DNA from: Elusimicrobiota bacterium
Lineage (GTDB): Bacteria; Elusimicrobiota; Endomicrobiia; CG1-02-37-114; JAHJSO01
Direction of reading: 5' to 3'
Assembly (NCBI GenBank): GCA_043826435.1
Contig: JBDRQF010000022.1
Span: forward strand, 1-12,947
Length of the DNA stretch: 12,947 nucleotides
Shown: positions 6,822-12,947 of the stretch, in pieces
How positions within the stretch are numbered: the stretch's first letter is position 1
Layout: each line of letters starts with the position of its first letter
Translations under genes and position numbers: made by a program
Notes under the pieces: generated by a model
The model's input: only the letters and a program-made list of their open reading frames with translations
Databases searched by the model: none
Told to the model about the DNA's origin: nothing

Positions 6822-8846
6822 ATGCCTGCCATAAAAAAGGAAATCTCCGAACTAAAACAGCAAATCAGAAAGCATGACTACTTGTACTATGTCTTGAACA
6901 AACCCGAGATATCCGACTATGAATACGATGCCCTTATGAAACGTCTTGCGGACCTTGAAAAAAAATATCCCAAACTCATCACGCCCGACTCTCCCACGCA
7001 GAGGGTTGGCGGGACGCCGCTGAAGGAGTTCAAAACCGTCAGGCACTCCTCTCCCATGCTCTCGCTGGAAAACACCTATTCAGCGGAAGGAATCAGGGAG
7101 TGGGAGAAACGGATTAAAAAGATACTCGGACAGGAAAGATATGAGTTTGTGATTGAACCGAAGATTGACGGGGTAAGTTGCGCCCTCGTATATAAGGACG
7201 GGGCGATTGCTCTCGGGGCGACCCGCGGCGACGGCGAAACCGGCGAAGACGTCACACTGAACATAAAGACGATAAAATCCATCCCCCTGTCACTGATTTG
7301 TAAAAAACCGCCTGCGCTGTTTGAGGCCCGCGGCGAGGTATTTATTGACAGGAACGATTTTGAAAAATTAAACAGGGAGTTGAAGTCCTCCGGGAGCGAG
7401 CCGTTCGCAAACCCCAGGAACGCCGCCGCAGGGAGTTTAAGGCAGAAGAACCCGTCCGTCACTGCGAAGAGAAAACTAAAATTTTTCGCCCACTCACCCG
7501 CCGACCATGAAGCCGTTATAATTGAAGGCAGACGTATCGTCACCCACTATGAATTCCTTAAATTATGCTCCGCCTACGGCCTGCCCGCTCCGGGGAACCT
7601 GCGTCTGTGCAACTCGCTTGACGAGGCGGTTGACGCCTGCATGAAATGGCAGGGGGACAGGAAAAAACTTGGTTATGACATTGACGGGATGGTCATAAAA
7701 ATCAACTCGTTTGAGCAGAGGAAGAAACTCGGCTGGACGATGAAATCGCCCAGGTGGGCAATCGCCTATAAGTTCCCGGCGACACAGGCGACGACGAAAA
7801 TAATAAACATAAGGGTGCAGGTCGGCAGGACCGGGATTGTCACTCCGGTGGCTGACCTCCAGCCGGTCCAGTGCGGCGGAGTGACCATATCTCATTCAAC
7901 GCTCCATAATTTTGACGAGATAAAACGGTTAGGCGTCCGGGCGGGAGACACAGTCCTAATTGAACGGGCGGGAGAGGTCATACCGAAAATCGTCCGGGTG
8001 ATTGAATCAAAACGGACGGGCGCGGAAAAACCGTTCAGCCCGCCTGCGGTCTGTCCCGAATGCGGCGGAAAAATTGTGAAGGAAGAAGAAGAGGTCGGGT
8101 GGAGGTGCATAAACCCATCCTGCCCCGCGCAACTTGAAAGAGGCATTGTCCATTTTGCAAAAAGGGAAGCGATGGACATTGAAGGGCTGGGCGAAGCAGT
8201 CGTTGAACAACTTGTATCAGGGAAAAATGTCTCTGATTTTGCAGACGTATATTTTCTCAAAAAGGAAGACCTGCTGGGACTTGAACTTTTCAAGGAAAAA
8301 AAGGCGGAAAATCTGCTGAAGGCGCTACAGGCAAGCAAAGGCAGGGGGTTAGCCCGCCTGCTTTTCGGCCTCGGCATAAGGCACGTTGGCGAAAAGGCGG
8401 CGATAACTCTTGCAGGCAGGTTCGGCGACATCCGGGCATTGATGGAAGCCGGCGCCGAAGAACTGACGGCCATTGACGAGATAGGCCCTGTGATGGCAAA
8501 CTCAATAACGGATTTTTTCAGCCAGCCGTCAACAAAAAAACTTATCCGGAAATTGGGTGAAGCGGGCGTTAACATGAAAGGGGAAACAAAAAGGGAAGGG
8601 ACGGGGGCGGAAAGTAAACTGCCTTTTTCAGACAAGACGTTCGTATTCACCGGCGAATTGGAAACGATGACCAGGTATGATGCAGAAACAAAGGTGCGTC
8701 AACTCGGCGGCAACCCCTCTTCAGTCGTAAGCAAAAAAACCGGCTACGTGGTGGCCGGCAAAAACCCCGGTTCAAAATACGCAAAGGCAAAAGAGATGGG
8801 CGTTACAATCCTGACGGAAGAAGAGTTCATTAAACTGTTGTCTTGA
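6822..8846 (+). CDS. ligA: NAD-dependent DNA ligase
   Basis: EPKIDG adenylation motif, TRGDGETGEDVT, FANPRNAAAGSLRQ, AIAYKF, zinc finger CPEC..CINPSC, HhH motifs (LGIRHVG) and C-terminal BRCT domain (FVFTGEL..SSVVSKKT). Confidence 0.98.
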   Translation: MPAIKKEISELKQQIRKHDYLYYVLNKPEISDYEYDALMKRLADLEKKYPKLITPDSPTQRVGGTPLKEFKTVRHSSPMLSLENTYSAEGIREWEKRIKKILGQERYEFVIEPKIDGVSCALVYKDGAIALGATRGDGETGEDVTLNIKTIKSIPLSLICKKPPALFEARGEVFIDRNDFEKLNRELKSSGSEPFANPRNAAAGSLRQKNPSVTAKRKLKFFAHSPADHEAVIIEGRRIVTHYEFLKLCSAYGLPAPGNLRLCNSLDEAVDACMKWQGDRKKLGYDIDGMVIKINSFEQRKKLGWTMKSPRWAIAYKFPATQATTKIINIRVQVGRTGIVTPVADLQPVQCGGVTISHSTLHNFDEIKRLGVRAGDTVLIERAGEVIPKIVRVIESKRTGAEKPFSPPAVCPECGGKIVKEEEEVGWRCINPSCPAQLERGIVHFAKREAMDIEGLGEAVVEQLVSGKNVSDFADVYFLKKEDLLGLELFKEKKAENLLKALQASKGRGLARLLFGLGIRHVGEKAAITLAGRFGDIRALMEAGAEELTAIDEIGPVMANSITDFFSQPSTKKLIRKLGEAGVNMKGETKREGTGAESKLPFSDKTFVFTGELETMTRYDAETKVRQLGGNPSSVVSKKTGYVVAGKNPGSKYAKAKEMGVTILTEEEFIKLLS

Positions 8847-8888
8847 CCTTCACGCAAAATAGGGATACAGGGCGACACTGAGAAACAT

Positions 8889-8940
8889 TGTTAGAATATT
8901 CAAAAAAACCCTTGAAAATAACGCTTTCATATGTTATATA
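8889..8940 (+). promoter_or_regulatory. Candidate promoter(s) for the downstream giant gene
   Basis: TTGAAA (8912-8917), 17 bp, TATATA (8935-8940) with TG at 8932-8933 and an upstream A-tract. An alternative extended -10 TGtTAGAAT lies at 8889-8897. Confidence 0.4.
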
Positions 8941-8960
8941 TATGGCGTGGTGTGTTGTCG

Positions 8961-9097
8961 CTAACAGATCTTTACATTTGACTGTCATTGCGAGGAGTGT
9001 TAACGACGAAGCAATCACCTTCTAAGAGTTAAGATTGCCACGCTTCCTTTGGTCGCTCGCAATGACAACTCAAGGCAGAATCAAATGTAAAGGTTAG
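8961..9097. repeat. Outer inverted repeat enclosing the REP-like element
   Basis: CTTTACATTTGA (8970-8981) is the exact reverse complement of TCAAATGTAAAG (9081-9092). CTAAC (8961-8965) / GTTAG (9093-9097) extends it across a 4-nt bulge. Confidence 0.8.
8983..9067. repeat. REP/RPE-like palindromic element (85 bp)
   Basis: Perfect 12-bp terminal inverted repeat TGTCATTGCGAG (8983-8994) / CTCGCAATGACA (9056-9067), with an inner stem GCAATC (9011-9016) / GATTGC (9033-9038). The architecture resembles the dispersed GTCATTGCGAG..GCAATC..GATTGC..CTCGCAATGAC elements I recall from Rickettsia palindromic elements and other bacteria. Confidence 0.8.
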
Positions 9098-9102
9098 GCA
9101 AT

Positions 9103-9117
9103 GGGGGACAGTCCCCC
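9103..9117. repeat. Short perfect palindrome GGGGGAC-A-GTCCCCC
   Basis: 7-bp arms around a single central A. A further GGGGGAC copy is at 9152-9158. Confidence 0.7.
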
Positions 9118-9178
9118 TGGGGGCAAAAGTGTTCGGCACAGAATTTATACCGGGGGACCGAGGCAAGGATATAGAACA

Positions 9179-12100
9179 ATGAATTATATATTAACTTTAA
9201 TACTTGCCGTCTCTATAATATTATTGCCGAAAACAAGCGATGCAGCGACAAAGCTCCAGTTGTTACTGCCGGGCGAGTCAGCCACGCCAGGCACAGCCCC
9301 CGGCAAAACAGGCTCCCCAATAAACCAGACGGCAGGTTCATCATTTACAGTAACGGTAAACGCTGTAGATGATAACTGGTATGTTGATACTGCAGACGGT
9401 TCAACCGTGTCGGTGACAACCAGTGACCTGTATGACACAGAACCGGCTTCCGGCTACCTGGTAAACGGCACGACAACCTCTACTCTTACACTCGTTACTG
9501 CAGGAACAACGACTGTTACCGCCGGGGACATTGATGGTGAACCGCCGTTATTGACGGCAGACACGACAAGCGTGTACGTACTTCCGACGCCTGCTAACAA
9601 ACCGAGACACTTGCTGGTGTTGGTCCCTGGTGAAACGGCCGAACCGGGCAGCGCTACAGGAAAAACGGGCACTCCAGTTGTCCAGACAGCAGGCGTCAGG
9701 TTTCCTGTCAGCGTGTATGTCGTTGACGAGTTCAACAACATCGCACCCGAGGCACAGCCGAGTATTACCCTTACTTCAAGCGACCCGAACGATGACACAA
9801 ATGTCGGGCTGCCTGAGTATGCATGGGACCCGATGATTCAACCCCTGCTTACGGGGACGACTGTTTTTAACGTCCCTCTTGTGACTGCAAACACTACACA
9901 CATATTTACTGCAAGGGATGATGACGGAGAGGTGCCTTTCTACGGCACGGCGAACTCAGAAAGCGTTTATATAAACGCAGGCACACCCAGCAGGTTCCAT
10001 GTACTTGTGCCTACTGAGACAGCCAAACCGAATACCGCACTTGGCAAGACGCAAGGAGCAGCAACTCCAAAATATGCAGGACAGTCATTTTACGTGACAA
10101 TCAACTGCACTGATGTTCTCTGGAATGTCAGGACCGGTTTCAGTTTGGACGCAAGAATACAAACGACCGACCCCTATGTCGCTGTGTCAACGCCCAATTT
10201 GCCAAACGGCACTGCGGAAATTTTAATGATACTCTACAACGCAGAAATGACAGGACTTGAGGGATATGCGACCCACTACATAATAGCGACTACGACAGGA
10301 GGTCCCCTGCCTTACGGCACTGAATCAGTGACAATATCCACCGGCGTAAGTTCTGCAATAACCGTATATCCGAACGATGCGACGCAGTTCCAGGTACTTG
10401 TGCCTAACGAAAAGCCGGTGCCAGGGAAATCGCCTTATGACGGCACGGGAGGCAAACAATACAGTGTTTCCGTCCAGACAGCCGGGGTGCAGTTCCCGGT
10501 TACAGTCCGTGTGGTTGACAATTACTACAATATATGCACGACTGCAACGGTCGGGCTGGTTACGGTTACGACCACGGAGCCGGACTACCTGTCAGCAGAG
10601 AAATATTCCCGTTCACAGGGACTGATGCTTGGTCAAAATATATGGGGCGACGTGAGAATATATTGCGCCAGGGTGTCGTCTGTGGTAGCCAGCGGGTCAA
10701 AGCCGACGTCTTACTCAAGCCCCATTACCGTCGTGCCGAACGTCCCGTTACAGTTGCAGGCGCTTGCTTCCGGAGAAGCCAGCCAGCCGGGAAGGAAGTC
10801 AACCAGGGGAAGGAACCCGAACATGTATCCGACGGCGCAGGTTGCAGGGGTTTCGTTTAACGTAACTGCAAACACCTGCGATGAGTATTTCAACAGGGTC
10901 GCCACGACGCCCGTTGTCCGTATATGGACAAACGATTTGTATGACATAGAGCCGGGCACAAGGACACTGACAGGAGGCACAACAACATTTACTGTCCGAA
11001 TGGTTACCAGGAAAAATAGTATTGTTTATGCCACAACCGACTACTGCCCGGGGTTCATCACCGACTACACCGGGGAGATTTTCGTAAGTACAAACGTCCC
11101 TTATGCTATCCAGATTCTTGTGCCGGGTGAAACACCGGTTGAAGGTAAGTGGAGAGGCGCTCCCGGGGAGAACACGCAACCGGGTAAAACAGAGGACTCA
11201 CAGCCAATGACGCAGGCCGCTGGCACTGCTTTTAACGTAACGGTTAGATGTGTGGATGAATTTTTCAACAAGACAGATGAGAATCCGCAGGTAACCATTA
11301 CATCCGATGGCTCAGAAGGGGACCCGTATGACGCCCCGAGCGAGAAAACAAAACAGTTGGTGGACGGCCAGTATGTGTTTACAGGTGCAGAGGCATGGAC
11401 TTTTGTCACAAGGAATGACGCTTCTGGCACTGGCTGGCGAATCCGGTTAAGCGGTTTTAACTGGTTAGAAGGAGAGCCGGTTCCTCCATATTTCGGGCCT
11501 ACGGCAGTGCTGGCAGCATCTTCACCAACGCCGAGAATACCCGTATCGCCGGGCGCATCAAATCGTTTACAGGTGTTGTTGCCGGGCGAGGAGGCGGACT
11601 GGGGAAATAGTGCAGGTGCCGGGAAGAAAGGAACAGCACTTACCCAGACAGCAGGTGTTTCATTCCCTGTGATTTCCTATGCCTGTGATGGTTACTGGAA
11701 CCGCGCCCGAATAAACACGGACGGCGGGAATGAAACAAGTGCAACTGAAATGAGTTCAGACAATCATTATTATAGTATTGTACCATCACAGCAGTACCTT
11801 GTATATGACTCAACAGTGGTTTTCACTGCCACACTTTATACTGCTGTAACAACCCAGTTTACTATTGTGGACCTGGAAACCCCGATATTGACGACCGGCA
11901 GAAGCACAATAATTACAGTTAAATCCAGTGCACCTATCAGCATGCAGGTTCTTTTACCGGGTGAATCCCTCAGACCAGGAAAACCGCCTTATTATCCTGA
12001 TTTAACCGGCGGAAGAATAGGGGGAATCCAGACGCAGATAGCCGGCACAACATTTTATGCTACAGTTCAGGCGGTTGATAGTTACTGGAACAGGATAGAC

Positions 12101-12947
12101 GGCAGTGCAATCGCTTCAGCAAACGACATATCCTGGGTTCGTCTTGATACACAGGACCCGTATGACGTCCATCCCGCAACCGCACAACTTTCAGCAGGGG
12201 CAGGTGCGTATCTGACAAAATTTGTGACTGCCGGCACCTGGACAATCACCTCTGTGGATATTGACGGAACAACAGGCAGTGATTATACTCCGCCTGTTGC
12301 CCTGGCAGTGGGTATTTCATCCCCTGTTTACGCTCAGTCGGGCCCTCCTGACCGTCTTTTGATCCTGCTGCCCGGCGAAACACCTGTTCAGGGACTTCAA
12401 CCGCTCGGAAAGACAGGGACACCTGCCCAGCAGACAGCAGGGAAAACATTTAACATTACAGTGAATCTCTGTGACAGCAACTGGAATAAAGTTCCGCAGG
12501 ATGGCACTACGGTATCGTTAGGTTCAACTGATATTTATTGGTCAACCCCGACTGCCAAGACAATGAGCAAGGGTTCGGTTGATTTTACGCTCGGTGGCGG
12601 CGGAATGAATGGCAGTGGAATTATTACTGCATCAACGCACTATATCACTGCGGGTGGCGACATATATAGCGGTATCTCTTCAACATTTACAGTCCGACCG
12701 GATGTAGCATCGCGTCTCCTTGCTGTTTTACCCGGAGAATATCAGGTAAATGGAAAAATTGGTTCGCCACCGAATGCCGCTTTTGCCCCCTATGGAAGAG
12801 GAGGCACACCTGTCCAGCAAACAGCCGGTGTCCGTTGGACGGCAACCGTTTATTCCGCAGATGCATACTACAACAGGGTAAGTACTGTCCAGACAATTAC
12901 AGTAACACTTTCCGATATATATGGACAATTAAGCAACAATGTAATAA
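9179..12947 (+). CDS. Giant secreted/surface repeat protein, 3'-truncated by the window (>=1256 aa, >=10 Ig-like-sized beta-rich repeats)
   Basis: Manual translation from ATG 9179 (RBS AAGGA at 9165-9169) shows no stop to the window end. Signal peptide MNYILTLILAVSIILLPKTSDA. Repeat heads (L/F)xxLxPGE-like at 9254, 9611, 9995, 10388, 10754, 11108, 11567, 11942, 12356 and 12716. Rich in T/G/V/P. Confidence 0.92.
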   Translation, partial: MNYILTLILAVSIILLPKTSDAATKLQLLLPGESATPGTAPGKTGSPINQTAGSSFTVTVNAVDDNWYVDTADGSTVSVTTSDLYDTEPASGYLVNGTTTSTLTLVTAGTTTVTAGDIDGEPPLLTADTTSVYVLPTPANKPRHLLVLVPGETAEPGSATGKTGTPVVQTAGVRFPVSVYVVDEFNNIAPEAQPSITLTSSDPNDDTNVGLPEYAWDPMIQPLLTGTTVFNVPLVTANTTHIFTARDDDGEVPFYGTANSESVYINAGTPSRFHVLVPTETAKPNTALGKTQGAATPKYAGQSFYVTINCTDVLWNVRTGFSLDARIQTTDPYVAVSTPNLPNGTAEILMILYNAEMTGLEGYATHYIIATTTGGPLPYGTESVTISTGVSSAITVYPNDATQFQVLVPNEKPVPGKSPYDGTGGKQYSVSVQTAGVQFPVTVRVVDNYYNICTTATVGLVTVTTTEPDYLSAEKYSRSQGLMLGQNIWGDVRIYCARVSSVVASGSKPTSYSSPITVVPNVPLQLQALASGEASQPGRKSTRGRNPNMYPTAQVAGVSFNVTANTCDEYFNRVATTPVVRIWTNDLYDIEPGTRTLTGGTTTFTVRMVTRKNSIVYATTDYCPGFITDYTGEIFVSTNVPYAIQILVPGETPVEGKWRGAPGENTQPGKTEDSQPMTQAAGTAFNVTVRCVDEFFNKTDENPQVTITSDGSEGDPYDAPSEKTKQLVDGQYVFTGAEAWTFVTRNDASGTGWRIRLSGFNWLEGEPVPPYFGPTAVLAASSPTPRIPVSPGASNRLQVLLPGEEADWGNSAGAGKKGTALTQTAGVSFPVISYACDGYWNRARINTDGGNETSATEMSSDNHYYSIVPSQQYLVYDSTVVFTATLYTAVTTQFTIVDLETPILTTGRSTIITVKSSAPISMQVLLPGESLRPGKPPYYPDLTGGRIGGIQTQIAGTTFYATVQAVDSYWNRIDGSAIASANDISWVRLDTQDPYDVHPATAQLSAGAGAYLTKFVTAGTWTITSVDIDGTTGSDYTPPVALAVGISSPVYAQSGPPDRLLILLPGETPVQGLQPLGKTGTPAQQTAGKTFNITVNLCDSNWNKVPQDGTTVSLGSTDIYWSTPTAKTMSKGSVDFTLGGGGMNGSGIITASTHYITAGGDIYSGISSTFTVRPDVASRLLAVLPGEYQVNGKIGSPPNAAFAPYGRGGTPVQQTAGVRWTATVYSADAYYNRVSTVQTITVTLSDIYGQLSNNVI

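Noticed and set aside
8913..8929. TGAAA-N7-TTTCA dyad resembling a CcpA cre / LacI-type operator
   Set aside because: The spacing does not match the 14-bp cre, and 5-bp AT-rich arms are expected by chance.
9119..9170. GGGCAAA suggesting a c-di-GMP-I riboswitch ahead of an adhesin-like gene
   Set aside because: It lacks the GNRA-capped P2, the GACGCAAAGC-like junction and the P3 receptor stem.
527..12928. Numerous antisense and alternate-frame ORFs in the track (e.g. 2392-3060, 3884-4663, 7892-8650, and all those within 9184-12928)
   Set aside because: They lie on top of well-supported + strand genes and show no recognisable motifs. They are shadow ORFs.
9179..12947. Many N-x-T/S sequons, and possible DGR-type diversification of the repeats
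   Set aside because: The sequons are explainable by high Thr/Asn content. No near-identical DNA repeat pair differing at adenines and no reverse transcriptase is present in the window.

Overview
Bacterial chromosomal window, with genes almost entirely on the + strand. A perfect sigma70 promoter (157-185) drives an FMN riboswitch with an intrinsic terminator, followed by the riboflavin operon ribD-ribE-ribBA-ribH. Next come nusB (with its own candidate internal promoter), a 738-aa alpha-helical protein with C-terminal HEAT-like repeats, and NAD-dependent DNA ligase ligA. A structured intergenic region (8847-9178) holds a REP/RPE-like palindrome nested inside a second inverted repeat. From 9179 to the window edge runs an uninterrupted ORF of at least 1256 codons that the ORF track misses because it has no stop. 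It encodes a signal peptide plus at least 10 tandem ~120-150-aa 'LxVLLPGE..G[KR]..QTAG..F.VTV...D..WN' repeats, probably a giant surface protein. The best leads are this protein and its alternating loop pattern, its structured leader, an atypical FMN aptamer (L6 hairpin insert, J3/4 G-to-U) and a DnaA-box/trio-like motif at the left edge. I see no CRISPR array, transposase, integrase or defence system, and no clearly new multi-gene system can be claimed from the sequence alone.
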